64,000 nucleotides of DNA. Source: an uncultured Rickettsiales bacterium. GTDB lineage: Bacteria; Pseudomonadota; Alphaproteobacteria; Rickettsiales; RI-342. Positions 49,058 through 59,427 of this stretch are shown here, in pieces. Below the pieces are notes generated by a model. That model was not told the DNA's origin, did not search any database, and worked only from the letters and a program-made list of their open reading frames with translations. The position numbers and the translations under genes are program-made. The stretch covers positions 8,126 to 72,125 of the forward strand of contig CAYSXY010000002.1 of the NCBI GenBank assembly GCA_964435165.1, read 5' to 3'. Every line of letters starts with the position of its first letter. Positions within the stretch are counted from its first letter, which is position 1.

Positions 49058-49747
49058 ATGTCGAGAAACGCAGCTCCAGCAGAACGCAGCTCGCAGCAGG
49101 AAGTCGATCTGATTGATCGTCTGGTATCCGTCAATCGCGTAGCCAAAGTGGTGAAGGGTGGCCGCCGATTCGGCTTCGCCGCGTTGGTGGTTATTGGGGA
49201 TGGTAAAGGCCGAGTCGGTTATGGCACAGGTAAAGCGAAAGAAGTGCCGGATGCGGTGAAAAAAGCAACCGATATGGCTCGTAAATCCATGATTCGTGTG
49301 CCACTGCGTGAAGGTCGTACTCTGCATCATGATGTGAAAGGTCGCTATGGGTCGGGTAAAGTGATTCTCCGTGCGGCACCGGCCGGTACTGGTATTATTG
49401 CCGGTGGTCCGATGCGTGCTATTCTGGAAGCATTAGGTGTTCAGGATGTTGTGGCAAAATCAACCGGGTCATCGAATCCACATAATATGGTGAAAGCAAC
49501 ATTGGATGCGTTGCAAGCTATTCGCTCACCACGAGCAATTGCTGGAAAGCGTGGCAAGAAAATTGGTGATGTGATTGCACGTCGTGAGATTATTCTCGGT
49601 GGTGGCACATCACAAGATTCGGAAGAGGAAAAAACAGAAGTCACGACAGCGAAAAAAGAAGTGAAAAAAGCGGCTGCGGCTAAAAAGTCGGCTGCTAAGA
49701 AGTCGGCCGCAAAAAAACCTGCGGTTACCTCGGTCAAAAAGAAATAA
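49058..49747 (+). CDS. rpsE: 30S ribosomal protein S5 (Lys/Ala-rich C-terminal extension)
   Basis: [27 protein letters not shown].... The tail is [32 protein letters not shown]. Confidence 0.95.
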   Translation: MSRNAAPAERSSQQEVDLIDRLVSVNRVAKVVKGGRRFGFAALVVIGDGKGRVGYGTGKAKEVPDAVKKATDMARKSMIRVPLREGRTLHHDVKGRYGSGKVILRAAPAGTGIIAGGPMRAILEALGVQDVVAKSTGSSNPHNMVKATLDALQAIRSPRAIAGKRGKKIGDVIARREIILGGGTSQDSEEEKTEVTTAKKEVKKAAAAKKSAAKKSAAKKPAVTSVKKK

Positions 49748-49762
49748 ATTAGGATTAGAATC

Positions 49763-49960
49763 ATGCCAGCAGCAATAAAGAGTACGGTGACAGTTCGTCA
49801 GATCGCAAGTCCCATCGGTCGGCCGAAGGACCAGCGCCAGACGCTGGTTGGGCTTGGGTTGAACAAAATGAACCGCACCCGGACGCTGGAAGATACACCG
49901 GCGATACGTGGAATGATCAATAAAGTTCATCACTTAGTGGAAGTGGTGGACGAGTCGTAA
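49763..49960 (+). CDS. rpmD: 50S ribosomal protein L30
   Basis: [25 protein letters not shown]. Confidence 0.93.
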   Translation: MPAAIKSTVTVRQIASPIGRPKDQRQTLVGLGLNKMNRTRTLEDTPAIRGMINKVHHLVEVVDES

Positions 49961-50006
49961 GACAATGAACCCGGCTCGATTGCCGGAAGGATAGAGGATA
50001 CAAGCC

Positions 50007-50573
50007 ATGCAGTTGAATCAACTCAAAGATAACGAAGGTGCACGCCAGTCGCGCACGCGGGTAGGGCGTGGCATTGGTTCCGGCAAAGGAAAAACCTGTG
50101 GCCGTGGCATGAAAGGACAAAAGTCACGCAGTGGTGTGGCGATCAAAGGCTTTGAAGGGGGGCAAAACCCGCTTTATTTGCGCCTGCCAAAGCGTGGGTT
50201 TATCAATTCGGGCCGTAAAGAATATGCCACGATCAACACGGGTGACTTGCAGCGTTTTGTTGATAGTGGTCGGCTGAGTGAAAAAGATAAGATTACCTCG
50301 GCGCTGTTGGCAGAGAAGAACATTCTCAAGCCGACGAAAGCAGGGGTGAAAGTGCTGGCCAAAGGTGAGCTGAAAGCGAAGTTGAATATCTCGGTTGAAG
50401 CATTCTCTGTCGCTGCTGAAAAAGCGGTGAGCAAAGCTGGGGGATCTTTAGTCAAGGTTGAGGCGGCGACTGCAGAGGCGGCGAAAACACCCAAGAAATC
50501 AGCCGCAAGCAAATCGGGTGCTAAAACCGAGAAAAAGCCTGCGAAAAAAGCTGCGTCAAAAGCAAAAGACTGA
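50007..50573 (+). CDS. rplO: 50S ribosomal protein L15 (Lys/Ala-rich C-terminal extension)
   Basis: MQLNQLKDNEGARQSRTRVGRGIGSGKGKTCGRG.... The tail is AAKTPKKSAASKSGAKTEKKPAKKAASKAKD. Confidence 0.95.
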   Translation: MQLNQLKDNEGARQSRTRVGRGIGSGKGKTCGRGMKGQKSRSGVAIKGFEGGQNPLYLRLPKRGFINSGRKEYATINTGDLQRFVDSGRLSEKDKITSALLAEKNILKPTKAGVKVLAKGELKAKLNISVEAFSVAAEKAVSKAGGSLVKVEAATAEAAKTPKKSAASKSGAKTEKKPAKKAASKAKD

Positions 50574-50644
50574 TACATCACTATGTTGCCATCTCATGCG
50601 AGTCGGCATAGCGTCACTTCCATAAAATGAGCATAGCGTAACTC

Positions 50645-51997
50645 ATGGTATCTGCAGCAGAAAGGCTGGCAGCCAATATTAATATTGGCGTTCTCTCCCG
50701 CGCAACAGAATTGAAAAAGCGTCTTATTTTTGTTGTCGGCGCGCTGGTCGTTTATCGTATCGGCACCTACATTCCTCTGCCTGGGATTGATCCGGTCGTG
50801 CTGGATGAAATATTCCGGCAGAATGCCGGCGGTATTCTCGGCATGTTCAATATGTTCGCCGGCGGTGCATTGGGGCGTATGACCATTTTTGCCCTCAACA
50901 TCATGCCGTATATTTCTGCCTCCATCATCATGCAGTTGATGACCGTGGTGTCCAAGCAATTAGAGCAGCTTAAAAAAGAGGGCGAATCCGGACGGCGGAA
51001 AATCAACCAATATACTCGTTATGGTACTGTGCTGCTGGCATTTCTCCAGGGCTATGGCCTGGCGATTGGGTTGGAAGGCATGGCAGCGTCTTCAGGCTCG
51101 GCAGTGATTGAACCAGGCCTGATGTTCCGCCTCACCACGGCCATCACACTAACAGGGGGTACGGTTTTCCTGATGTGGCTGGGTGAACAGATTACGGCGC
51201 GTGGCATCGGCAATGGTATTTCATTGATTATTTTCGCCGGGATTGTGGCGGAATTTCCGGGAGCTTTGGCGAGTACCTTTGAATTGGGTCGCCGCGGCGC
51301 CATATCAATTGAATTTATCTTGTTTATGATTCTGCTGGCAGTCTCTCTCATTGGTTTTATCGTTTTTATGGAGCGCGCTCAGCGGCGCATTCTGGTGCAA
51401 TATCCCAAGCGCCAGGTGGGCAATAAAATGTATGGCGGGGAAAACTCGCATCTGCCGCTCAAATTGAACACGGCAGGCGTTATTCCGCCGATTTTTGCCA
51501 GCTCTCTCCTGCTATTTCCGGTGACGATTGCCGGGTTCAATGCATCATCCGAACCATCCATGCTGAACACCATCACCGCTTATTTGGCGCACGGGCAGCC
51601 GCTCTATATTGCATTGTATATTCTGGCGATCGTTTTCTTCTGCTTCTTCTATACGGCGATTGTGTTCAATCCCAAGGATACAGCAGATAATCTCAAAAAA
51701 CATGGCGGGTTTATCCCGGGGATTCGACCCGGCAAGAATACGGCGGAGTATCTGGATTTTGTTCTGACACGGTTGACCGTGGTTGGCGCGCTCTATCTCT
51801 CACTGGTGTGTGCCGTGCCGGAGCTACTCATTTCCAATTATTCTGTGCCATTTTACCTTGGCGGTACCAGCCTGCTGATCGTGGTGAATGTCACCATGGA
51901 CACCATTGCTCAGATCCAGTCGCATTTATTTGCGCACCAATATGAAGGGTTGATCAAAAAATCAAAACTCGTGCAGAAAAAAGGACGTAGACGGTGA
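50645..51997 (+). CDS. secY: preprotein translocase subunit SecY
   Basis: 450 aa with 10 TM helices. Motifs include FALNIMPYISASIIMQL and GTSLLIVV. Confidence 0.97.
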   Translation: MVSAAERLAANINIGVLSRATELKKRLIFVVGALVVYRIGTYIPLPGIDPVVLDEIFRQNAGGILGMFNMFAGGALGRMTIFALNIMPYISASIIMQLMTVVSKQLEQLKKEGESGRRKINQYTRYGTVLLAFLQGYGLAIGLEGMAASSGSAVIEPGLMFRLTTAITLTGGTVFLMWLGEQITARGIGNGISLIIFAGIVAEFPGALASTFELGRRGAISIEFILFMILLAVSLIGFIVFMERAQRRILVQYPKRQVGNKMYGGENSHLPLKLNTAGVIPPIFASSLLLFPVTIAGFNASSEPSMLNTITAYLAHGQPLYIALYILAIVFFCFFYTAIVFNPKDTADNLKKHGGFIPGIRPGKNTAEYLDFVLTRLTVVGALYLSLVCAVPELLISNYSVPFYLGGTSLLIVVNVTMDTIAQIQSHLFAHQYEGLIKKSKLVQKKGRRR

Positions 51998-52647
51998 ATG
52001 TGATTTTGTTGGGGCCGCCGGGCGCAGGCAAAGGAACGCAGGCAGATTTACTGAAGGACCGGCATGGGCTGGCCAAACTCTCAACAGGAGATATGTTGCG
52101 CGCATGCGTTGCAGAAGGATCTGATATAGGCCAGCAAATATCGGATATCATGAATCGCGGCGAACTGGTGCCGGACGATATTATGGTCGCCATGATTGAA
52201 AATCGTATTCAGCAGGCAGATTGTGCGCGCGGATTTATTCTGGATGGCTTTCCGCGCACCGTGGTGCAGGCAGAAGCGTTGGACACTATGCTGGAAAAAA
52301 CGGGCTGCCAGCTTGCCGCTGTGATTGAGCTGAGAGTTGATGATGCCATACTTGTCGATCGTATTTCAGGGCGCTTTAGTTGTGTCACCTGCGGTGCGGG
52401 CTATCATGACACATTCAAGCCAACGCAGCAGGAAGGGGTATGTGACCAGTGTGGAGGGACGGAATTTTCCCGCCGGTCTGACGATAATGCCGAGACGGTT
52501 GCGGCGCGTTTGACATCTTATCATCGACAAACCGAACCACTGCTCCCATATTATACGGAAAAGGGCCTGTTGCGACCGGTCGACGGCATGGCTGACATGC
52601 CAGAAGTGGCGCGGCAAATCGAAGAAGCGGTGAACATTCCTGCGTGA
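51994..52647 (+). CDS. adk: adenylate kinase (zinc-lid type)
   Basis: ILLGPPGAGKGTQA, and a CVTCG...CDQCGG lid. The GTG start overlaps the secY stop. Confidence 0.95.
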   Translation: MNVILLGPPGAGKGTQADLLKDRHGLAKLSTGDMLRACVAEGSDIGQQISDIMNRGELVPDDIMVAMIENRIQQADCARGFILDGFPRTVVQAEALDTMLEKTGCQLAAVIELRVDDAILVDRISGRFSCVTCGAGYHDTFKPTQQEGVCDQCGGTEFSRRSDDNAETVAARLTSYHRQTEPLLPYYTEKGLLRPVDGMADMPEVARQIEEAVNIPA

Positions 52648-52681
52648 TGTGGCGAAATCATGCGAGCGGGTGATCTAACCG

Positions 52682-52709
52682 TTGACTTGCGATTAATTAT
52701 CCCTATAGT
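52682..52709 (+). promoter_or_regulatory. putative sigma70-type promoter of the alpha operon (rpsM-rpsK-rpoA-rplQ)
   Basis: TTGACT (52682-52687), a 16 bp spacer, then TATAGT (52704-52709), about 105 bp upstream of rpsM. Confidence 0.5.
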
Positions 52710-52815
52710 ACCGGCTCTTTTGAGGAAGATGGTGCGAAAAAACCCAATAAGATTGGATAAGCACCTGAAATGCGACATGCAACAGTAGACGTAAGTGTCT
52801 GACAGGAGATAAAAA

Positions 52816-53184
52816 GTGGCTCGTATTGCCGGTGTAAATATACCAACATCTAAGCGCATTGAAGTAGCGCTCACCTACATTCATGGAATCGGACATACCA
52901 CCTCGCGCGAAATTATGGCGAAGGCGAAAATGACCGATAATAAGCGGGTGCATGAATTGAGTGAGGAAGAAGTCGCTCGCCTGCGTGAGATCATCGACCG
53001 TGAATATACAGTAGAAGGCGATGTGCGTCGTCAGCGCTCAATGAATATCAAGCGATTGATGGATCTGGGCTGTTACCGTGGCTTGCGCCATCGTCGCGGC
53101 CTGCCGGTGCGCGGTCAACGGACGCATACCAATGCGCGTACCCGTAAAGGGAAGGCCAAACCAATCGCCGGTAAGAAGAAATAA
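52816..53184 (+). CDS. rpsM: 30S ribosomal protein S13
   Basis: [28 protein letters not shown] start after the SD cAGGAGa. Confidence 0.97.
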   Translation: MARIAGVNIPTSKRIEVALTYIHGIGHTTSREIMAKAKMTDNKRVHELSEEEVARLREIIDREYTVEGDVRRQRSMNIKRLMDLGCYRGLRHRRGLPVRGQRTHTNARTRKGKAKPIAGKKK

Positions 53185-53203
53185 GGGGTAAGGAATTAGA
53201 CCA

Positions 53204-53599
53204 ATGGCAGTAAAAGATCAAAAAGCCCGGGTGCGTCGTAAAGACCGGAAAAACATCACCACCGGCATTGCGCATGTTAATGCAACGTTTAATAACACGA
53301 TCATTACCATTACCGATCAGCAGGGTAATGTCATTTCCTGGTCGTCGGCGGGTTCGAACAATTTCAAAGGCTCACGCAAATCGACGCCGTATGCCGCCCA
53401 GGTGGCGGCGGAGAAAGCAGGCCTGGCCGCTATTGAGCATGGCATGCAAACCGTCTCTGTTTGTGTGAAAGGGCCGGGGTCAGGGCGTGAATCTGCCCTG
53501 CGTGCGTTGCAATCGGTCGGTTTTACCGTAACCGCTATTCGTGATGTGACGCCGATTCCACATAATGGATGCCGTCCGCCGAAGCGTCGTCGCGTGTAG
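53204..53599 (+). CDS. rpsK: 30S ribosomal protein S11
   Basis: [18 protein letters not shown]... and [20 protein letters not shown]. Confidence 0.97.
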   Translation: MAVKDQKARVRRKDRKNITTGIAHVNATFNNTIITITDQQGNVISWSSAGSNNFKGSRKSTPYAAQVAAEKAGLAAIEHGMQTVSVCVKGPGSGRESALRALQSVGFTVTAIRDVTPIPHNGCRPPKRRRV

Positions 53600-53653
53600 A
53601 GCGGCGAATATCGGATTGAATATTAATGCTTTTAGAATGCATGGGGTGAGAAG

Positions 53654-54673
53654 GTGATTAGCAGAAACTGGAAAGAACTGATTAAGCCAACAAAGCTGGA
53701 TATCCAGACGCCGAAAGACGCGTCGCGTCATGCGGTGGTGGTGGCTGAGCCACTGGAGCGTGGATTTGGTATTACCATTGGTAATGCGCTGCGTCGTATT
53801 CTGCTGTCATCGCTGCAGGGTGCCGCCGTCACTTCGGTGAAAATTGACGGCGTGCTTCATGAATTTTCGTCGGTGACCGGCGTGAATGAAGATGTCACCA
53901 ACATGATCCTCAATATCAAACAGCTGGCAATCCGTGCCCATTCGGCGGATCCGAAAAAGCTTGTGTTGAAAGCCAAAGGCCCATGCGAAGTGACCGCATC
54001 GATGATCACCTGCCCGCATGATGTTGAGATTATTAATGGTAATTTGCGTATCTGCACCTTGGATAAAGGCGCAGAACTGAACCTCGAAATGCAGGTGGGA
54101 ACGGGTAAAGGTTATGTGCCGGCTGCAATGAATCGTTCCGATGATGCCCCGATTGGCGTTATCCCGGTCGATGCCCTCTACAGCCCGGTCAAACGCGTTA
54201 CCTACGAAGTTGATAATGCGCGCGTCGGTCAGGTAACCGATTATGACAAGCTGATTCTGGAAGTGGAAACCAACGGTGCCGTATCGCCGGAAGACGCGGT
54301 AGCATACGCTGCACGTATTCTGCAGGATCAATTGAATCTGTTCATCAATTTTGAGGATGTGTCCGAAGAGACCCGTCAGGAAGAAAGCCCGGAAGACCAG
54401 ATCAACCCGAATCTGCTCAAAAAAGTGGAAGAGTTGGAATTGTCGGTACGCTCTGCCAATTGCCTGAAGAACGACAATATCGTTTACATTGGCGATCTGG
54501 TTCAGAAAACCGAAGCCGAAATGCTGAAAACACCGAATTTTGGCCGCAAGTCACTCAACGAGATAAAAGATGTGCTCGTGACCATGGGGCTTAAATTTGG
54601 CATGGAGATCGACAACTGGCCGCCGGAGAATATCGAAGAGCTGGCGAAAAAGTTTGAAGACCCCTTTGCGTGA
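53654..54673 (+). CDS. rpoA: DNA-directed RNA polymerase subunit alpha
   Basis: [12 protein letters not shown]...[11 protein letters not shown]..., and a C-terminal domain [15 protein letters not shown]. Confidence 0.97.
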   Translation: MISRNWKELIKPTKLDIQTPKDASRHAVVVAEPLERGFGITIGNALRRILLSSLQGAAVTSVKIDGVLHEFSSVTGVNEDVTNMILNIKQLAIRAHSADPKKLVLKAKGPCEVTASMITCPHDVEIINGNLRICTLDKGAELNLEMQVGTGKGYVPAAMNRSDDAPIGVIPVDALYSPVKRVTYEVDNARVGQVTDYDKLILEVETNGAVSPEDAVAYAARILQDQLNLFINFEDVSEETRQEESPEDQINPNLLKKVEELELSVRSANCLKNDNIVYIGDLVQKTEAEMLKTPNFGRKSLNEIKDVLVTMGLKFGMEIDNWPPENIEELAKKFEDPFA

Positions 54674-54721
54674 AATAAGAGATAATAATAACCTAAGACG
54701 TTAATCGATAGGATTGGAACC

Positions 54722-55168
54722 ATGCGACATCGCGTAGCAGGACGAAAATTAAACCGCACCAGCGCACATCGTAAAGCCATGTTTAAAAATATGGCCGATG
54801 CATTGGTTAAGCACGAGCAAATTACCACCACGTTGCCCAAAGCGAAAGAGTTACGCCCCTATGTGGAAAAGCTCGTGACGCTCGGCAAACGTGGCGATCT
54901 GCATGCGCGCCGGCAAATCTTATCGCAGACCAATGATGCAAAAACGGCTGCAAAGCTTATTGACGTGCTGGCAGAGCGCTATAAAGAGCGTCAGGGCGGC
55001 TATCTGCGCATTCTAAAGGCGGGCTTCCGCTACGGCGATTCAGCACCGGTGGCAATTATCGAATTTGTCGATCGCGACGAAGAAGCGAAAGGCCAGGATT
55101 CCGGCCCAATCATGATGGATGATGAGTTGGATATGGAATTGCCGGAAGGCGGTGAAAAAGCCGCGTGA
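54722..55168 (+). CDS. rplQ: 50S ribosomal protein L17
   Basis: [25 protein letters not shown].... Confidence 0.97.
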   Translation: MRHRVAGRKLNRTSAHRKAMFKNMADALVKHEQITTTLPKAKELRPYVEKLVTLGKRGDLHARRQILSQTNDAKTAAKLIDVLAERYKERQGGYLRILKAGFRYGDSAPVAIIEFVDRDEEAKGQDSGPIMMDDELDMELPEGGEKAA

Positions 55169-55192
55169 TACCGGTTTCATAATTGATTGACT

Positions 55193-55230
55193 AAAGAGCC
55201 GCCAACCACTGTTGGCGGCTCTTTGCGTTT
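55193..55230 (+). terminator. rho-independent terminator after rplQ
   Basis: A 14 bp stem, aaagagccgccaac with gttggcggctcttt, a cact loop, and a U-rich 3' side. Confidence 0.7.
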
Positions 55231-55297
55231 ACAGGTAAGAAGAATGCATACGTTACGAAACTCTACAAACATGATCATCTTACCCTATATGTGACAT

Positions 55298-56716
55298 ATG
55301 ATAAAAAATCTCGTCTCCCTATCGCTGTGTCTGTGTCTGTGCTTCTCTCTGGCAAAAGGGGCACAGGCATTGTTTGAGCGTGAGGTGCCGCAAACCCAGC
55401 AACAGGTGCAGCTTTCTTACGCGCCCTTGGTCAAAAAAACGGCTCCGGCAGTGGTCAATATTTACACCAAACGCACGGAGAAAGTAGAGTTATCACCCCT
55501 GTTTAATGACCCGCTGATGAAACTGTTCATGGGCGATGCGCTCCGGCGGTTGGGTGTCGCGCCTGAACGTGTGGTTAGTTCGCTTGGCTCCGGGGTCATT
55601 GTCCGCCCCGAAGGGCTGATCATTACCAACAACCACGTGATTCAGGGAAGCGATGAAATTCGCATCGTGCTGAATGATCGCCGCGAGTTTGATGCGGAGC
55701 TGATCGCCACCGACGAACAGACTGATCTGGCTGTGCTGCGTGTGCGTCAGCAGGGCTTGTCTTTGCCTTATCTCAGACTCAATGATTCTGACCGGCTGGA
55801 GGTTGGAGATCTGGTGCTCGCCATCGGCAACCCCTTTGGTATCGGCCAAACGGTTACCAGTGGTATTGTCTCCGCCCTTGCACGCACATCGGTTGGGGCG
55901 ACGGATTACCAGTTTTTCATCCAGACCGACGCCGCGATCAATCCCGGTAATTCCGGGGGGGCACTGGTGACGATGGATGGCAATCTGGTCGGCGTGAATA
56001 CAGCCATTTATTCACGCTCCGGCGGGTCTAATGGAATCGGTTTCGCCATTCCTGCCAATCTGGTACGCACGGTCGTGGACAGTATTGAAAAGCGTGGACG
56101 CATCGTCCGGCCCTGGCTGGGTGCCGCCGTACAAACGGTCACCAGTGATATTGCCCAGTCACTGGGTATGGAGCGCACAGCGGGCGTCATTCTTAGCCGC
56201 ATTTATGAAGGTGGCCCGGCGGACCGTGCGGGATTGATCGTTGGAGATATCATTATTGCCATGGACGGGTACGATATTCAGGATGCACAGGCCCTGCGCT
56301 ACCGGGTGGTCACGTTCGATCCCACACGTCCTGCGGAAGTGCGCTTCATTCGTCAGGGGCGGGTAGAAACAACACGAATGCAACTGGAATATCCGCCCTA
56401 TGACCCAGAGCCGGACGAGCGGCGGCTGGAGGGACGACAGCCGCTTGCAGGCTCAGTGGTAGCAAATCTGTCGCCCGCGCTGGCGCTTGAACTGGGGCTG
56501 GATATGAATCAACGCGGCGTGGCGGTGTTGGGAGTGGTCGAGGAGTCACTGGCCGCCAGCTATGGCGTACAGCGCGGTGATATTATCCTACAGGTGAATC
56601 GTACAACCATTTCCAGCAGTCGTGAACTGGCGGCCACCATGGCCACGCCGACGCGCCGCTGGCAGGTGGTGGTAGAGCGTGCAGGGCGCCGCCTTTCGCT
56701 GGATGTGGCAGGGTAG
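55298..56716 (+). CDS. degP: periplasmic serine endoprotease, DegP/HtrA (Do) family
   Basis: Signal peptide, catalytic motifs (ITNNHV, TDLAVL, GNSGGALV) and two PDZ-like regions. Confidence 0.9.
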   Translation: MIKNLVSLSLCLCLCFSLAKGAQALFEREVPQTQQQVQLSYAPLVKKTAPAVVNIYTKRTEKVELSPLFNDPLMKLFMGDALRRLGVAPERVVSSLGSGVIVRPEGLIITNNHVIQGSDEIRIVLNDRREFDAELIATDEQTDLAVLRVRQQGLSLPYLRLNDSDRLEVGDLVLAIGNPFGIGQTVTSGIVSALARTSVGATDYQFFIQTDAAINPGNSGGALVTMDGNLVGVNTAIYSRSGGSNGIGFAIPANLVRTVVDSIEKRGRIVRPWLGAAVQTVTSDIAQSLGMERTAGVILSRIYEGGPADRAGLIVGDIIIAMDGYDIQDAQALRYRVVTFDPTRPAEVRFIRQGRVETTRMQLEYPPYDPEPDERRLEGRQPLAGSVVANLSPALALELGLDMNQRGVAVLGVVEESLAASYGVQRGDIILQVNRTTISSSRELAATMATPTRRWQVVVERAGRRLSLDVAG

Positions 56717-56717
56717 G

Positions 56718-58049
56718 ATGACCGACGATCTGTTTGCACAATCCATCCCAACAGTGAAAGGCTATGTGCCTCTGGCTGAGCAGTTGCGACCCACCACGCT
56801 GGAAGATGTACTTGGCCAGCCGCATTTGCTGGAGGATGATGGAGCGCCCTTAACAGCCATGCGCCAAAGTGGGCAGCTCGTCTCGCTGATTTTCTGGGGG
56901 CCGCCCGGCAGTGGCAAAACCACATTGGCGCGCCTGTTAGCCGATGCATTTGGCCATGCGTTGGAAGCCGTATCTGCTGTAACGACAGGTGTAGCGGCCC
57001 TGAAAAAAATCTGTGATCAGGCTGTGGAGCGCCAACACCAAGGCCGCATGACCGTCCTGTTTGTGGACGAGATTCACCGCTTCAATCGTGCGCAGCAGGA
57101 TGTATTTCTGCCGTTTGTGGAAAGCGGCGCCATTATTCTCATTGGCGCGACCACCGAAAACCCTTCCTTTGAACTGAACGCGGCACTTCTCTCACGCTGC
57201 CGGGTGTTAACCGTCAAGCCGCTCAACCATGTGGCATTGCTGAAACTGCTGGAGCGGGCAGAGAGCCATCTGGGGCAAGATTTGCCATTGACGGAGGCAG
57301 CACGGCAGGCACTGGTGGTGATGGCCGATGGTGATGGCCGCTATCTGCTTGGCATGGTCGAACAGTTGGCAGTGCTGTCCGCAGATACTGAGCCGTTGGA
57401 TGAAGCCGGGCTACGCCGTACATTACAGCAACGCCTTCCAGTGTATGACAAGCAGCAGGATAGTCATTACAACTTAATCAGTGCCGTGCACAAGGCATTG
57501 CGAGGATCGGATACCGATGCAGCGCTCTACTGGACGGCACGCATGATGCTGGCGGGTGAAAGCCCACATTATCTGTTGCGGCGATTAACGCGCTTTGCCG
57601 TGGAGGATATAGGCCTGGCTGATCCACAAGCCCTGCAACAGGCAATCAGCGCCTGGCAGGCATATGATTATCTCGGTAGCCCCGAGGGCGACCTTGCCAT
57701 TACCCAGTTGGTTGTCTATCTGGGCACGGCGCCAAAATCCAATGCGCAATATAAAGCACATAAGGCGGCCTATCGTATAGCCAAAGAACAAGGCTCGCTG
57801 ATGCCGCCTATGCATGCCGTCAATGCACCAACCAAGCTTATGAAAGAGCAAGGATATAGTGCCGGCTACCGCTATGATCATGATACGGCGGAGGGGTGCG
57901 CCGGGCTCAATTATTTTCCGGACAGTTTGCCGCGCCAGCGTTTTTATCAACCGCAGGAACGTGGTTTTGAGCGGGAAGTCAAAAAGCGCCTTCATTATTG
58001 GGATAGCATCCGCCAGCGGGTAGAACAGGCAGAGGAAGCGCCGACATGA
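56718..58049 (+). CDS. rarA: replication-associated recombination protein A (AAA+ ATPase)
   Basis: LAEQLRPTTLEDVLGQ, GPPGSGKTTLARLLA, FVDEIHRFN and the MgsA C-terminal domain. The ATG at 56718 lies inside track ORF 56679..58049. Confidence 0.9.
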   Translation: MTDDLFAQSIPTVKGYVPLAEQLRPTTLEDVLGQPHLLEDDGAPLTAMRQSGQLVSLIFWGPPGSGKTTLARLLADAFGHALEAVSAVTTGVAALKKICDQAVERQHQGRMTVLFVDEIHRFNRAQQDVFLPFVESGAIILIGATTENPSFELNAALLSRCRVLTVKPLNHVALLKLLERAESHLGQDLPLTEAARQALVVMADGDGRYLLGMVEQLAVLSADTEPLDEAGLRRTLQQRLPVYDKQQDSHYNLISAVHKALRGSDTDAALYWTARMMLAGESPHYLLRRLTRFAVEDIGLADPQALQQAISAWQAYDYLGSPEGDLAITQLVVYLGTAPKSNAQYKAHKAAYRIAKEQGSLMPPMHAVNAPTKLMKEQGYSAGYRYDHDTAEGCAGLNYFPDSLPRQRFYQPQERGFEREVKKRLHYWDSIRQRVEQAEEAPT

Positions 58050-58435
58050 GTATGAGCCTGACGAGTCTGGGAGCCGTAGCAGCAGGTGGTGCGATGGGTG
58101 CAACCTTGCGCTATATGGTTAGTGTCATAATTGGCGTTACGGGTTTTCCAATCGCGACCTTGCTTGTGAACGTCATCGGCTCGCTGATGATGGGAGTAAT
58201 CGCGGCGCTTGCGATGCAGTGGGAGGGGTTTCACCATGGCTGGCGTTTATTTCTGATGGTTGGTGTGCTGGGCGGATTTACCACCTTTTCTTCCTTTGCG
58301 CTGGATAGTGTCAGTCTTTGGCAGCGCGGAGAGGTCATCGCAACCATAGGCTATATCGGTGCCTCTGTGATGCTTTCCATCGCTGCGTTTGCTGCAGGTA
58401 TCGTGCTTATGCGTTTGGTGGCAGGCGTATCATGA
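58046..58435 (+). CDS. crcB: fluoride ion channel CrcB/FluC
   Basis: 129 aa with four TM helices. Motifs GGAMGATLRY, LLVNVIGSLMMG and GGFTTFSSF. Confidence 0.9.
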   Translation: MSMSLTSLGAVAAGGAMGATLRYMVSVIIGVTGFPIATLLVNVIGSLMMGVIAALAMQWEGFHHGWRLFLMVGVLGGFTTFSSFALDSVSLWQRGEVIATIGYIGASVMLSIAAFAAGIVLMRLVAGVS

Positions 58436-59427
58436 CTCGCCACACCTCATCAGACCATCCACAGCATCGTGAGCTCACTGTTGCTTCCGGTGATGACGGA
58501 CAGCGGCTGGATCGCTGGCTCAAACGCCATGCCCCGGAAGTGCCATATGGACTGATGCAAAAATGGTTGCGTAAAGGTGCCATTCGGGTCAATCGGCAAA
58601 AAGCCAAGGGTGATCTGCGACTCCAGGCCGGGCAGCAGGTCAGTCTCCCATCCATGGCTGATGCGCAAACACCAGGTGAGCCTGCCCGATCGGCATCTAA
58701 ACATGTCCCTATTACCAAAGCGGAACGCCGCCGCGTAGAAGAAATGCTGATCGAAGAAGATGATGAACTGATTGTCATCAACAAGTCGGCCGGTCTCTCT
58801 GCCCAGGGTGGAAGTAAGGTCGGGGCGAGTGTTGATAGCTTGCTGCGTCGTTATTATGCGGGGCGATGCGAACCAAGGCTCATCCATCGGTTGGATCGGG
58901 ACACCTCCGGTGTCATGGTCATGGCAAAACACCGTGAAGCAGCCGCACAGCTCTCCGCTAAACTGCAACAACAGCAATGGCAGAAAACCTACTGGGCTGT
59001 GGTGGTTGGCGTGCCGACACCGCAGGAAGGAAGCATCATTCTGCCGCTGGCGAAAGAAGCGAAAGGAAAGCATTCCCGCACCATGCCAAGCCGTGAGACT
59101 ATGCAGCCGAATGAGCGCGGCAAATATGCAGAGACTCAGTTCCGCGTGTTGGACAAGGCCGCGCAAACACTGTCATGGCTGGAAATGACTCCCATTACCG
59201 GTCGTACCCACCAATTGCGCGTCCACAGTGAAGCCATCGGCCACCCGATTGTGGGTGATGGAAAATATGGCGGAAATGCAGCCTTTATCGATGGGCTGGC
59301 CCAACAGTTGCACCTGCATGCACGAACCATTGAAATTCCGCGCAAGAAAGGTAAAACAGTGACTTATGAGGCTCCATTGCCGCCGCATATGAAAGACACC
59401 TTCGCTCTCTTTGGATTTACGCTATGA
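58432..59427 (+). CDS. rluC: RluA/RluC family pseudouridine synthase
   Basis: S4-like N-terminus (GQRLDRWLK...VRVNRQK) and catalytic HRLDRDTSG. The ATG at 58432 overlaps the crcB stop (ATGA). Confidence 0.85.
   Translation: MTRHTSSDHPQHRELTVASGDDGQRLDRWLKRHAPEVPYGLMQKWLRKGAIRVNRQKAKGDLRLQAGQQVSLPSMADAQTPGEPARSASKHVPITKAERRRVEEMLIEEDDELIVINKSAGLSAQGGSKVGASVDSLLRRYYAGRCEPRLIHRLDRDTSGVMVMAKHREAAAQLSAKLQQQQWQKTYWAVVVGVPTPQEGSIILPLAKEAKGKHSRTMPSRETMQPNERGKYAETQFRVLDKAAQTLSWLEMTPITGRTHQLRVHSEAIGHPIVGDGKYGGNAAFIDGLAQQLHLHARTIEIPRKKGKTVTYEAPLPPHMKDTFALFGFTL

Noticed and set aside
52648-52815. Possible rpmJ (L36) or infA between adk and rpsM.
   Set aside because: Translating all frames gives nothing resembling L36 or IF1. 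The spacer instead carries a good promoter-like element.
53807-54331. 174 aa minus-strand ORF.
   Set aside because: It is antisense to rpoA.
58000-58046. Fluoride riboswitch upstream of crcB.
   Set aside because: The crcB start overlaps the rarA stop, so there is no leader region to hold a riboswitch.
58450-59166. 238 aa minus-strand ORF.
   Set aside because: It is antisense to the rluC pseudouridine synthase gene and has no motifs.
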